A stretch of 63,870 bases of DNA, filler included, from Vannella sp. (GCA_023345925.1; 8 parts of 8 records of this genome joined end to end with filler, not necessarily neighbours in it); one strand, 5' to 3'. Positions 46,266 through 58,476 are shown, counted from the first letter of the whole stretch. The notes: a model not told the origin generated them from the sequence alone. Program-made: numbers and translations.

Positions 46266-49056
46266 TTAAATTACATTGACTGGATTGCTGTTGGAAAGGG
46301 AGCGGCGGAAGCGCTCAAGAATTTTGTGCTTGTAAGTGTTCGGATGGGTTTGGAGAACGTGGTCCACATTGGTGCTGTGCACTTGGAAATCGCATCCACT
46401 GAGGTCAATGGTCGGGAAGCGCGTCAGATGTATGAAAAGACTGGGGAGAATGCCCAGGAGGCCTTTGATCACTTCGTCCTCAAAGTTGACACAATGGAGA
46501 ATGTGCAGTTCTCGTAGGAGTGGAGCGGCAGAGAGGTGCAGGAGTGATCCAGAGCTTAGCTGGTTGAGGTTGTTGATCTCCAGCTTCACTAGATTGGGGC
46601 AACAGAGCACAATGGAGTTCATGTCATCGTCTTGGAGGTTCACGCAATCAGACAGATTCAGTGTTTGGAGTTTGGTGAGGAGGAGAGAGTCTGGGAAGCA
46701 TGACTGTGACAAAAGAAGACATTTTTCCATACTGAGAGAGGTCAGCTGGAGGCAAGAGTTGATCAGATTTGAGATAGAGTGCTCGCTGATGGACGAGCGG
46801 AAGAACTTGCTGAGGAAATGAATGTTAAGGGATCGAATCTCTGGCAAATGTCGAGCAATGCGCTGCAAAGTAGTATCTGTGACGTTCTCAGAGTAACGGA
46901 ACTCCAAGCTGCGGAGAGAGTGGCAGTATTGGACAATATTCTGAAGCCCAAGATCGGTTATCCCATTCCCATCCACAGCCAGCGTCGTCAACTTGCTGCA
47001 GGTCTGAGAGATATCAACCAGAATGGGGTCCAAATCAAAGGCGAAGGTAACAAGATCGATCTCAGTCAAAGAGCGGCATTCTGAAATAAGAGTCTGGAAG
47101 TCAGTCAGATTGATTTTGAAGTTGGTCATGAGTGGCTTGAGAGTGACAGAGACTAGTCGAGGCGCAAACTTGGTCAAGGCACGCAAAGACTTCTTTGAGA
47201 GAGGGCAAAGAGACAAATCAATCACATTCAGAGCCGTTATGGGAGGTTTCTTTGATGTGAGAAGCTTGAATACAGACCCCTTGACGCGTTTACAGTCCAC
47301 GATACTCAGTTCCTTGATGTACGGACAGTTTGTCATCACAGTCTCCAGATGGCGGTCAGTAAGCTTGTCTGCCCCTTGAATACGAAGACAGCGAAGCTGG
47401 TAGCATCGCTCCAGCACTTTAAAGGACTTGCTAGAGAGGAACGGTGAGCCCTGCAGCTGGATCTTCTCCAATGTATCCAAGTTGGGCTGAACGAAGCCGA
47501 CAATCTGTTGGTCATTGATGGCGGGCAAGTGCAGCCGTGCTAGGTTAGTGCACGTCGATATGAAGGTACTGGCTACGCTCTCATTCATTACGTGCCCTTG
47601 TAGATCCAGTTCGCTGATCTGGGAATCGATAAGAAGCGAAAGATGATCCTTCTCAGGCCAATCAGGTGCTTTGGTGCGTAGAACCAGCTCTAACAAGTCT
47701 GCCTTGGCAGATCGAGGTAGTTTGACGATGCCATCACGGTAGAGATTAATGTTCAGCAGCACCGTTCGCTGGCAAAGGTCTTTGAGAGAGGGGACCGCTC
47801 GGGCCACATTGTGCTTGGATTGCGCCTTCTCCCAATCAAAAGGGGAGTTCAGATCGCCACCCGCGTCTCTGAGCATCTCAGTGAAGAGGCTCTTGATGTG
47901 CTCGTAGTCTGGTCGATCGGCAAAGCCCAGCGACTTCAAATACGTCATAAACTCGAGGAACTGGGGTGGGAGCCCAGTCACGAGCTCTGGCTTATGATGT
48001 TGCATTTTCACTGACCCAACGTGGTCCTTGTCCTTGATCCGACGCCAAGGGAGCTCTCCCACAACGATCTCAACCATCATGTAGAACAGCGACCACAGGT
48101 CGTCCCGGCGGCCCAAATCCTGGATGCACTGGGTCAATCGTGTGTCATTATGGATTGCTCTCTTCTCCTACCCGTGACTGGTGAGAGTAAATGGAGGCGT
48201 AGCGGGCCGTTCCTCTGAAACCTGTTTGTTCTCGCTCCTGCAAGGAGGGTGGATGTCAGTAATAGAAGGAAAAGTTCCTCTTTCACACGAACAGGACGTA
48301 TCTCGCCATTGGGCATCGAGTAGCGACGAGCCAGACCAAAATCAATGATGAAGCAGCGATTATGGTTCGGTGGCAAGCCCATTGCAAAGTTAGACTGCAT
48401 TGGATGAGCGCTTCTTCTATGGTGGGGCTGTAGAAGACTCACCGGCTTGATATCACGGTGGAGGAAGCCCATCTCGTGCATGCCCTCGATTGACTCGAGC
48501 ATTTGAACTCCCAGGCGCATAGCAGTCACCATAGAGAACTTTCCCTGCATCGAACTATATGAGTCAAGGGATAAGGCTTCAAGAAGCACCGGGAACGCAC
48601 CGTGGGAGCTTGTCGCCGATAATCAGAGAGGTTGGGGCCGAGTAGCTCCATCACCATGAAGTTGTAGTTGTTGAAACGCCCACAAGTGATGAGTTCCGCT
48701 ATGTATGGCATCTTTGATTCTATGAGGAGCCACCCAGCATGAGAATGAGGAAGGGGAGGTGGCTCTTCGGCTTTGTATCGACAGGTACCAGCAGATGCAG
48801 AAGATGGTAAACAAGGATTCTTACCTTGCAGCTTACGGAGGACGGCTACTTCGATCTTAAGGACTTGTTTCTTGGTGTCCACCATTTCGAACTTGATGGC
48901 GACGCTTTGGAGCGTCAGGATGTTTACTGCAGAGTAGATCTCTCCAAAGGCGCCCTCTCCCACTTTACGGCTCACTTTCCACTTGCCCTTGATGATTCCC
49001 CCGCCCGCGCTGATGCTCTTCCACAGAGGGGAGGTTGGCTTGCGCGATAACGACAT
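46266..49056 (-). CDS. Tau-tubulin kinase (CK1 group) fused to BC-box and leucine-rich repeats
   Basis: GEGAFGEIY, KQVLKIEVAVLRKLQ, HRDIKP/SNF, DFGLARRY, GRRDDLWSLFY, PFDWE, then VPSLKDLC and cysteine-containing LRRs; about 4 introns. Confidence 0.9.
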
Positions 49057-49714
49057 AAGTGCGCACTGTCTTGTTCTAGGAGATGTTCGCCTGTTCGCTG
49101 GTTCTCCGTACGCAAATACGTTCAGCAAGCGAAAGAGGCGGAGGAGCTCTCTCTGCGCAGGGACGAAAGGAAATGACTTTTCGCCACCCCTCTCCCTTTG
49201 GCTCCCAAACAGGACCAACCAAGCCTGTGTAAGAGAGGAAGAAAGGAGCGAGAGAAGGAGTGAGAGAAGGAGTGAAGGGAACCTTTAAGGGAAGGAGGAG
49301 CAAAAGAAGAGCGACGACCCGGGAATAGTCTGAATTGAGTTACAGCGCGAGCGCTGCCTTGCGTATTAGACTTATAGAGAGTGCGTGGTCGCTTCAAGTT
49401 CCAACTTACTCCTCCGATAGGTCTCTTGCGAGGCATCCGGCTAGAAAGCCATCTTCTGCTGGGAACCCGAGGAGGAGAAGGCTTTTCTGGTCTTGAAGTG
49501 TGGAGTTTCCCCCAGTTCCCGCCAAGAGAGAGCGACCGACTCAGACCTTCCCAAGCGCTTCATGAATCATATGATTCCGTACGTTTGCGCCTTCACACAA
49601 GCTCCGGGCCGTCTCCCTTCTCGTCGGGGACGGCTATGTAAAGAGCCCACGGGACTCTCTCATTCACTTGTGGGACATCAGAGTGTCTTTGCTGTTGTTT
49701 ATCGTTCACGTGGT

Positions 49715-51742
49715 CTAGAACAGGCTGAGAACGTCGTACCAAACGTACTGAGGGTAGTTGGCGGTCAGCTCGTTGTTAAAGTAGTGATAGTCTGCTTCTT
49801 GGAAGTTGTACTCTGTTGGTTGCGTGTCGTACTTGGCTACGGGAGGGTAGATCTCACGAATGCAGTAGCGGAAGGCTGCTGTGGTGGGGAGAAGACGGGG
49901 GACAATGTCGGTGGGGTCAATCTGGTCAGCAGGCTGGTAAGTGATGTTTTGTCGGAGTTTGGTAAACTGGCCGAACAAGGGCCCGTTGTCAACGACTTGG
50001 AGGCCAGGGAATGCACTGTACTGCATTGGTAGATGACCAGGGATTCCACCGAGAACAACCACGCGCACGTCATCGTAGAGAGCCAAATGATTCGCAAACA
50101 GGGCGCACGTTGACCCACAGAAGCCCTTGGTGATGACGAGGATGTTCTGAGGTTGGAAGTTCACAGAAACAGAGATGTCATAGCCCCAGTTGCATCCATC
50201 AATATGGACGAGGCGACTGTAGTTGCGAAGGAGTCCGCCACGCTCGTGGGGGAGACCAGGGAGCAAGTAACTAGTGTCATTCAGAGCAATGGGTTGGTTC
50301 TGCTGGTTATTGTAAAAGTCAGGAGACCAAATGGTCCCCGAGATTTTGTGATCCACTGCCGAGTGGATCATCTGCTCAGCGTAGGGAGACAGAGGAAGGT
50401 CCTGAGGGCCCCAGTTCTGGCCTTGACCAGCCCACCCGTCCTTCTGAAGGATTGCCAGAAGGGCTCGGCCCAAGCAGATGTTTCCACCGCCATTGTTGGT
50501 CAGATCAATGATCAGCTGAGTGAGTCCCCGTGCCTTGGCAGCGTTGAAACCCGCCTCCAGGGTTCGGATGAAGCCAGTTCCGCGCCCTGGCTCCATCGTA
50601 TCGAGGTAGATCACCAGAGTCTTGCCATCAGAAAGGGCCCAAAAGGTGAGATGAGTCGAGTTCGCGAGAAGCTCGAATGTCATGTCGTCCGCTGCCTCAC
50701 CGAAATGCTCACGGAGGACCTTGCGTTTGTGGTCCTCAGCAGCAGAGATCGACTTCTTGTGCAAGGGCATGAAGGAACTCGTCTCAGGAGAGAGTACATC
50801 TCCATTAAGTTGGTCTTCAAGCCAAGCATCAGCCGCACGGAGGAAGGGGATGGCTTCCTTCTTTGAATTCACCTTCAATTGCGAGTTCTTGTAGTCTGCC
50901 AGCCAGCTCTGAACGCCTGTGTAGGTCTTCAAAGCTTTGAATGACCAAGGGAGAGCGAGGTTGACCTTCTGGCCGCTGGGGGAGGTCATCCCATAGAGAA
51001 TCGATGAAGTCTCTGGGAAGGGATTGCGCTTGGTCCGCTGCTGCCAGTAGCCGTATTGAATGATAGAGATGTCGTTACGTGGTTCTGGAACTGTGAGAGC
51101 GTAGTTGAAGCGAGTACCAGCGTCCTTGGCCATACCAAGGGAGTAGTTAGCATAGCGGATGAAGTAGTCGTAGGCAGCGACACCGTTGATGGTGTTGATG
51201 GTGTAGTTGGTGTAATCCAGCAAGTTCACATTCACAGACGATTGGTAGAACTCCACGAGATCCTCTGGGAAGAAGGGAGACACGCGGATCTGGAACTCTT
51301 CGAGGGTGGACCCCCAACCAACAGCGAACCCTTGGCGTGGGAGGATGTTCTGATAGCATGCAGGTGCGTAGTATTGAGTATGCGCATCGTGGAGTTGGAT
51401 GAAGAGGTCGCGGAGATCACTGTGGAAGTCGATGTCGTAGTAATAGTGCCTCTCACGGATCCTCTGAAGGCCCTCCTTCATGTTCACCGCTACGGGTAAG
51501 TTCACCATATCTGGTGAACGGTTAGCGATGTCGTAGAACGCATAGAGCTCAATCGATCGTTCGAGAGTGGCCAACGTGGGGTACTTGACGTCATCCACCA
51601 GGAGGATCGAGTGAAAGCAGTTCAGAGTCTCCTCATACGAGTAGAAGCTCCCTTCTTCGAAATTACACACAGCAGCACCCTCCACCAACACTACACAAAG
51701 CAGGACTGCGAGGCCAAGGCGGCCGCAGGCGGAGATCCCCAT
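49715..51742 (-). CDS. Secreted peptidase S41-family (CPAF-like / fungal-type) protein
   Basis: Signal peptide; LHDAHTQY, IIDLTNNGGG, GFCGSTCALF, VVLGG; intronless. Confidence 0.85.
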   Translation of the reverse strand: MGISACGRLGLAVLLCVVLVEGAAVCNFEEGSFYSYEETLNCFHSILLVDDVKYPTLATLERSIELYAFYDIANRSPDMVNLPVAVNMKEGLQRIRERHYYYDIDFHSDLRDLFIQLHDAHTQYYAPACYQNILPRQGFAVGWGSTLEEFQIRVSPFFPEDLVEFYQSSVNVNLLDYTNYTINTINGVAAYDYFIRYANYSLGMAKDAGTRFNYALTVPEPRNDISIIQYGYWQQRTKRNPFPETSSILYGMTSPSGQKVNLALPWSFKALKTYTGVQSWLADYKNSQLKVNSKKEAIPFLRAADAWLEDQLNGDVLSPETSSFMPLHKKSISAAEDHKRKVLREHFGEAADDMTFELLANSTHLTFWALSDGKTLVIYLDTMEPGRGTGFIRTLEAGFNAAKARGLTQLIIDLTNNGGGNICLGRALLAILQKDGWAGQGQNWGPQDLPLSPYAEQMIHSAVDHKISGTIWSPDFYNNQQNQPIALNDTSYLLPGLPHERGGLLRNYSRLVHIDGCNWGYDISVSVNFQPQNILVITKGFCGSTCALFANHLALYDDVRVVVLGGIPGHLPMQYSAFPGLQVVDNGPLFGQFTKLRQNITYQPADQIDPTDIVPRLLPTTAAFRYCIREIYPPVAKYDTQPTEYNFQEADYHYFNNELTANYPQYVWYDVLSLF

Positions 51743-51924
51743 CGGCAGACAAAAAAGGTGGAACTCATGAGTTTCATTTTTTTTCAAGAGAAATCATTTC
51801 ATCTGCGACTCGGAGAATGAGAACGGAAAATTAGCAAAGTACGTAGAATGGTGCACAAGCGAATCCCCCGACGTGGATTCGCTGGCGAGCAATGCTCCAA
51901 TCTTGCTCTGGATATTGTTTTCGA

Positions 51925-52024
51925 NNNNNNNNNNNNNNNNNNNNNNNNNNNNNNNNNNNNNNNNNNNNTTAATTAATTAANNNNNNNNNNNNNNNNNNNN
52001 NNNNNNNNNNNNNNNNNNNNNNNN
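51925..52024. other. Artificial contig-joining linker
   Basis: N44-TTAATTAATTAA-N44. Confidence 0.98.
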
Positions 52025-52248
52025 GCTCTCGCCGAGAGACAGAGTTTCCCTTGATGATCACTTTCGCCCAACTGAACCCTTCCCGGCCCTCCATCACCAG
52101 CTTAGAAGCGTGGCCTGACACCCTCTACTTGCATCAGCTATTTGAATCAACATCCCCTTCAGTCCCCTCTCCCAATGCCCTCCAGCCTTTGCCATCCCCA
52201 TTCTGTTTGGAAGAGGATTGGATGGACAAATTGGATGCGCAGGATTGA
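52025..52248 (+). CDS. 3' fragment of a paralog of the downstream SnoaL/NTF2-like gene
   Basis: ITSLEAWPDTLYLHQLF...LEEDW matches ITSMEAWPDTLHLQQIY...LEDLDW of 52570-53307. Confidence 0.7.
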
Positions 52249-52569
52249 GGCTTCTACAGAGAAGCTAGCTTACTAAATAAAAGCCTTTAATATGAACAGA
52301 TTATTCTGCTGAAGGCAAACCCACCAGCTTGCTTGGTGGCGCTCCCAGCAGGCGTTTCGATCCTCCTCATCCTTCGTCCTTCAGGCAAAGCTTCGCCTCA
52401 GTCTTTCAGGTGAAAAGCTTGTCCGTCATTTCCCATTCCACTTGTCCATTCGCCTTCCTGAGATAGGCCCATTTAGGAAAAAGAGATTGGCGCAAAGACC
52501 AAAAAAGTGTTTGACAGGAGTTCTCGAGAAGGAGCATTCCGGAGTCACCCGCGTGAGACGAGCAACAGA

Positions 52570-53307
52570 ATGATGGGCTCTTTCAAGGTGAATCCAAACA
52601 TTAAACAACCCACCCGATATCAGCAATGGGAGTTCGTCGACACCCAAGGCAGGGTCGAACAGGCTTCCGCATCCACCACAGATCATCCTGTTAGAAGCAT
52701 AAGCCCTCCAAGAGATCCACCATCTGAATCTGCTCTCTCACCTTCCCTTCCTGTTACACCAATGCTTCAGTATTCACCCGTGGACCACTTCTTTTCGCTT
52801 TTCTGCACCGCACCAACAGATGCCATCTTGCAGACCTTCTCACTTTCAACTGTAGTAACCATCCATAGCAAAGAGAAGTTTCCTATCTCTGGATCTTGGT
52901 CGACTTGGCAAGGAATGAGAGCCCTTCTCGACCGTATCGAAGAGCAAGTGCTCATCGTCGGCTATCAGATCATCTGTTATTACCCTGGACCTGTTGGATC
53001 TCTGTTTTGCTCCATTCGTTTGTCTTTGATGTCTTCTCGGACGGCCTTGCACAGCGAGATTGAGTTCCTCTTGAGAGTAACACTTGCTGATCGATCCCCT
53101 TCTGGCGGTTTTTTCATCACTAGCATGGAGGCTTGGCCTGATACGCTTCATCTGCAACAGATCTACAAAACAAACGAGCCTCTCGACACATCAGTCTCCC
53201 CTATACCTCAAGCTGACTCTCCTCTCCTTTTGGAAGACTTGGACTGGATTTCTGCTTGGGACAGTGCTCATGATACCTCTTCTCAACCTCCTCCGTATCT
53301 GAACTGA
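52570..53307 (+). CDS. SnoaL/NTF2-like fold protein with low-complexity flanks
   Basis: FPISGSW...GMRALLDRI...SRTA...ITSMEAWPDT resembles the ketosteroid-isomerase/SnoaL pattern; fold call is inference. Confidence 0.6.
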   Translation: MMGSFKVNPNIKQPTRYQQWEFVDTQGRVEQASASTTDHPVRSISPPRDPPSESALSPSLPVTPMLQYSPVDHFFSLFCTAPTDAILQTFSLSTVVTIHSKEKFPISGSWSTWQGMRALLDRIEEQVLIVGYQIICYYPGPVGSLFCSIRLSLMSSRTALHSEIEFLLRVTLADRSPSGGFFITSMEAWPDTLHLQQIYKTNEPLDTSVSPIPQADSPLLLEDLDWISAWDSAHDTSSQPPPYLN

Positions 53308-53416
53308 GTCCTCTGCTTATCCAATACAAACCTGTTTGACTTCAGTCACATAGTTGTTGGATCGTAGATGCACTTGGAAGGTGGCCTTTACTTGATACAA
53401 GTTTGTTTCCTGCATC

Positions 53417-54591
53417 CTATTTAGTTTCCTTGGCAACTCTCCGAATGAGAGATCTGACAAATGAGGAGGCAGCGGAGAGAGTCTCTGAAGAAACTCTGTC
53501 AGAGCCAAGATAATCTTCCATCTCAGATCGTCTGGAAATGACGAAATCAAGTGAGCTGGTACGAGAAGCGAGATTCTCTTCAGGGATTGCTTCCAAGCAC
53601 TTCGTTGTGATGTTTGAAAGCGACTCTGCAGGTGTTATAGTGCGAGGTTGGGAACTGGCAAGAGTGCGCTCGACGTGAAGACCGACCAGTAACTGTCGAA
53701 AGAACAAAACGCATTCGGGATGATTGTCGCGTTCTTGCTTGCTCATCTCTCGTTGGATCGCTGAAACGATGCTGAACGAGTTATAGGAGCAGTAAGGATG
53801 TCTTTCAATCGCTATTGAGGTCTGCAGAGCACTGAGAGAGGCTCTTCGTTGAAGAGCCCTTCCGTTGGGAGATCTTTCCTCTCTCAATCGGCGGGGACGT
53901 TTGCCCAGTACAGAGATCAACTCATCAGATGTGTTTGAAGTAGCATTAGGCGCCTTAGAAACGGCTTGCATTCGATCATCGCACTGGAGAGCAAAAGAGT
54001 TGCCTTGATTGTCCATGATTTGAGGGTCTGCGCTATAACTCAGGAGCAAACGTGCTTTCTCATGCATCGAAGAATCAGTGCAGAAGTGGAGAGATGTCTT
54101 CCCTTCGCCAGTTTGCGCGTTCTATCCTCAGAAGCTCATCAGGAGAGCCTAATCTCGAAAGGAGCTTCCACGGGAGTCCTTACCACATCAGCTTTCTCTT
54201 GTAAGAGGAGTTCTACAGTTGATACGCTCCCGTGGATGACAGCATCATGGAGAGGGGTGTATCCGCCGATGGCTTGAGAATCGAGAGAGGCTCCTGCACT
54301 TGTGCGATGAGTTCACGACCATCCATGATAGTCTTCCCTTCATCCCCGTGTAGCTTCCTTATCCATACCTTTCTCAAGCAGAAGGGTGATCAAATCACGA
54401 AGCAAAGGCTCGGAGCCGCTGAAAACCGAGTCGCTTCTCTTCCTCCTCCGTACCAAGAAGTGCAAAGGTCCCCGCCGACTTTGATCCACTTCCATCTGCC
54501 CCTCACCTTCCCTCTCCAACAGGAGAGTCTCAACAACCTCCAGTTTCCCCTCTCGGCAAGCAGAGAGAAGGTCCATCAAGAAATGTTCCAA
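53417..54591 (-). CDS. Ankyrin-repeat protein
   Basis: LLSACREGKLEVVETLL, GYTPLHDAVIHG, GKTSLHF, LLLSYSADPQIMDNQGN; at least one intron. Confidence 0.8.
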
Positions 54592-54655
54592 AAACGCCCA
54601 AAATTTGATCTTTATTCGATTTAAACATTTATTTTAGAAATCATTCTTTTGGGCG

Positions 54656-56506
54656 ATGGAGGAGAAGTCACCTGCAGTGGGGTATTGGTTCAATAAGCTT
54701 CAGGGCGCGGAGGTGGCGTTGAAGGATAGCGGAGGACGCTGTTTAGTGGTTCAAGTGGATGCTAAGAGTGGTGCGGAGGTGCTCAAGGTCCAATCTGAGC
54801 GTGTAGATGGAGATAAATGGCGCGTGCAGGCCCATAAGGAGCAGAATGGCTGTTTGGTGTCGTTACTCAATGTCAAGACATGCCAATTACTATCTAGGAG
54901 CTCTGAGACACTCATTGGTCTCTCCCTAAAGGCAGAGGAACGACTTCCTGCGATGGAGTGGGTCGTCACCCCTCTCTCTGGAGCGCCTGTGGAGCAAGAG
55001 GGAAGTGTGAGTTGGTATCCAGTATCCTTGACTTGTCCCTCGTCTTCTCGTTACCTCCAGAGCCCCAAGGATGAGGATTTGCTGGCGATGGGGGCGGAGG
55101 AGGCCGTCTGGCTTCTTGGAGTGTCTCGAGTGACGATGATTGTGATTGGATGTGGTAACAGAGGCTTCATTTACTCCCAGTTCTCTGCTGAACAGCCCAA
55201 CGCTTCACGGGTGGTGGGGATTGTCGACCCTCGAGCATTCCGCCGTCAAATGCTGCTCGATTGCTCGGGACTTGGCGAGAGCATTGACCCTGACTTGGTG
55301 TTTGAGGATTGGAAGGATCTTCTGCCATTAGGAAGGATGGCTGACGCTGTCATCATCGCAACCCCGGATCGCCTTCATGCTCAAATAGCCGTTGGAATGG
55401 CTACTTTGGGGTACCACATCCTCCTGGAGAAGCCTATGGCTACCACAGAAGAAGACTGTAAAGCTATAGTCACTGCTGTTAAGCAACACGGATGTATTCT
55501 GGCTGTGTGTCACGTACTTCGTTACACTCCTTATTCTAGGAAAGTAAAGCAACTGGTGGACTCTGGGTAGGTTTCACCATGATTATGACTTACCATTCCT
55601 CATGAGTGGTCAGAATCTTGGGCGACATCGTCAATATTCATCACTTGGAGCCAATCGGGTTCTTTCATTTTGCCCATTCTTACGTCCGTGGGAACTGGAG
55701 GTGAGTCAAGAGACATTTATATGCATGAGTGAGATTTTTGCTTACTTTTGGGGGGCAGAAATGAGGCGGAATCGAGTTCATCTCTTCTGGCAAAAAGCTG
55801 CCACGATTTGGATTGGGTGCGTTGGGTGATGAAGAAGAAGTGCGTGGCCGTCACTTCCTTTGGGAGCCTTCATCACTTTAATGCTTCAAAGAAGCCTACG
55901 GGAGCGGGCTCTCGCTGCCTTGATTGTGCGGTGGAGGAATCCTGTCCGTATTCGGCAAAGAAGATCTATCTAGATCGAGTTAAGGAAGACTACAACGGGT
56001 GGCCTGTTGATGTCATTGTCAATTCTGTGGAAATCAATGTTGAGTCAGTAACCAAGGCACTAGAAGAGGGCCCGTACGGCCGTTGTGTGTATGAATGTGA
56101 CAACGATGTGATGGACAACCAAGTAGTCAATATGCAGTTCGAAGATGGTGCCACAGCATCTTTCACTATGGTAGCCTTTACCAAAGAGGTTTGCATAAGA
56201 AAGACCCGAATCTTTGGCACCCTTGGGGAGCTTCAGGGTGATGGAGAGAACGAAATCATTCACTTTGATTTCCTCACACAAATTGCTACTCACCACGAGC
56301 CTGATCCTTTGGGCCAGAACATTCACACAACCCTCAATCGCCACGGACTGGGAGATTACTTTATCATTCGAGATTTTGTCCAAGCAGTCGCTCACAACGA
56401 TTCTTCTTTTATTCTCTCTGGTCCTGATGAGACATTAGAGAGTCACTTGATGGTCTTCGCTGCTGAGAAGAGCCGAAAAGGAGCCCTCGCCACTATCGAC
56501 TGGTAA
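54656..56506 (+). CDS. Gfo/Idh/MocA oxidoreductase with an extra ~155-aa N-terminal domain
   Basis: [62 protein letters not shown]; two introns. Confidence 0.9.
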
Positions 56507-56595
56507 AGCGGCTAAAAGAAATATTTGGAGCCCAATCTCTTTTGGTTGATGGAAAAGGTGCCATTCAGTTGTAAGAAGCTTGTTCTGATTGACAG

Positions 56596-57985
56596 CTACT
56601 TGTTCTTTTCTACATTCCTAATAGCAGGACCTGGAAAGGCTGCGTCTGCGGTCTCGAGGACATTTCGAATTAGTGTTGCGCGAGGTTCTTTCGCAAGCTC
56701 CGCAACAGTAGCGGGATCTCGTCTTAAGTAGAGAAACATGTCTTTTCGGGTTAAGAGAACACTTGGGGAAATCTTTTTTTCAAGTGAAATAGCATTGACT
56801 TGGATATCTGACTGCCTCAGAAACTCTTGCCGTTTGTTGCACCATTTCTTGAATCCGGATGGCTCGATGTGGCCTAGGGATCTTCCCATGCTTTCGGCCC
56901 ATGTTGAGTAAGGTGGCACCGCTCCACTTTCAAGAAAGAGTTCGAATTGACCAGACAGGTCTTTTTGGTTCCGAATGGGACTTTTGTGATGAAAGCCGAT
57001 GTCTTGTAACTTGAATAGGATCCTCTCGTTGCTTTCAGCACAAACGGAAACCTGCAAGGCCACATTGACCACTTGTTCATCAGTGAGGACCCAACGGCGC
57101 GGACGATTGCATTTTGCAGCGAGCTTCTCTCGCCAAGCAGCAACAAAGTAGAGCTTCTCTTTCTGGGTAGCTGATACACAAGCTCCTACATTTTTTACGG
57201 AGTGAACGCCCTCGCTCCACGACAGTCGACGGGAATGTTGTGCCACTGCCATTTCCATGAGTCTTCTGGCCCATTCAGAGAGGCCCTTCTCCTCAAGAGC
57301 CATCTGCGTCTCCAAGAACACATCACCGAGGAAGAGGACATCGTCAGCAGCGTACTGAATCTGCTTGTTCGTGAGAGGGCGGGCTTCCCAGTTGGACTGA
57401 GTCTGATCTTTATCCAAGGAGACGCCGGTGAAGTGATAAACTAGGTTGGCGTAGCCAATCTGATTGGTTTCCGAAGAGAGAAACTGCCAGGCAATGGCTG
57501 TGTCGAAGACTGGGCCCATGAGGATGCCTACGGGGCATCCAGCGAGTTCATGGAGCACTTTCACGTCTTTTGAGCACGAGTGCATCACCTTTAGAAGGTT
57601 TCGGTTCTGATAGAACAAGGGGATGACCAGAATCTCCACTAACTTGGCACGGGGGATATTCACGGTGTCAATACAATACACAGGGCCGCTCTCTCCCCGT
57701 ATTTGAAGCAAACAAAGCTTCATGAAGAAGGTCCTAGTGTGCATGAACTCCGTGTCTACAGCTACGTACCTCTCTTTTGCCAAAGCGGCTGCCACTTTGA
57801 GGAGCACGTTTACTTTGTTCACCCAAACCACTGCTGCCCTCCACAATAAAATGAGCCAGCTCGAGGCCGCAGAAAGACAAAATGGACGGAAGGGAAGTAA
57901 GGACTGGTTCATTTGAGAAAGTTCACGGCCCAGATCAACCACGTCCCCTGGCCAGGGTTGAAAAGTATCTCTAAATTCGATCGGG
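56596..57985 (-). CDS. rnd: RNase D-like DEDDy 3'-5' exonuclease + HRDC (5' end may be truncated)
   Basis: AVDTEFMHTRTF..KLCLLQI, KVMHSCSKD, FDT, QSNWEARPLT..QIQYAADDV, AWREKLA..NRPRRWVLTD. Confidence 0.85.
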
Positions 57986-58085
57986 NNNNNNNNNNNNNNN
58001 NNNNNNNNNNNNNNNNNNNNNNNNNNNNNTTAATTAATTAANNNNNNNNNNNNNNNNNNNNNNNNNNNNNNNNNNNNNNNNNNNN
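57986..58085. other. Artificial contig-joining linker
   Basis: N44-TTAATTAATTAA-N44. Confidence 0.98.
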
Positions 58086-58476
58086 GAATGATACCCTCAG
58101 TGAACTGCAGTCCGCCCGAAAGCTCTCCATTTACCCCAACACAAGCGTTTCCTCCCTTCGGTGGGATGGAGATAACATGCATTGGATTGTGGCATTGGAT
58201 AACGGACACACCCTGAGACCCAGTTACATTTGGCAGTCCACTGGCACCGACGTGCAGTTAGACCAATACCCGGTTTTACAGCCGTTGATGAAAACGCATC
58301 CGATTGAAACCTTCTTTGGATATCCCGCCATCACAAAGGACTTGCGTTGGAGAGAAGACTCTTCTGTCTTCCTTCTGGGTGCTTTAGCCATCACTCGTCT
58401 TGGACCTGACGGATTGAACATGTCTGGCGCTCGACACGGAAGTGTCTTAGTGGCTCGGGCACTAAGAGGAGACTGA
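58086..58476 (+). CDS. 3' fragment of an FAD/NAD(P)-binding oxidoreductase
   Basis: GYPAITKDLRW...VFLLGALAITRLGPDGLNMSGAR. Confidence 0.65.
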
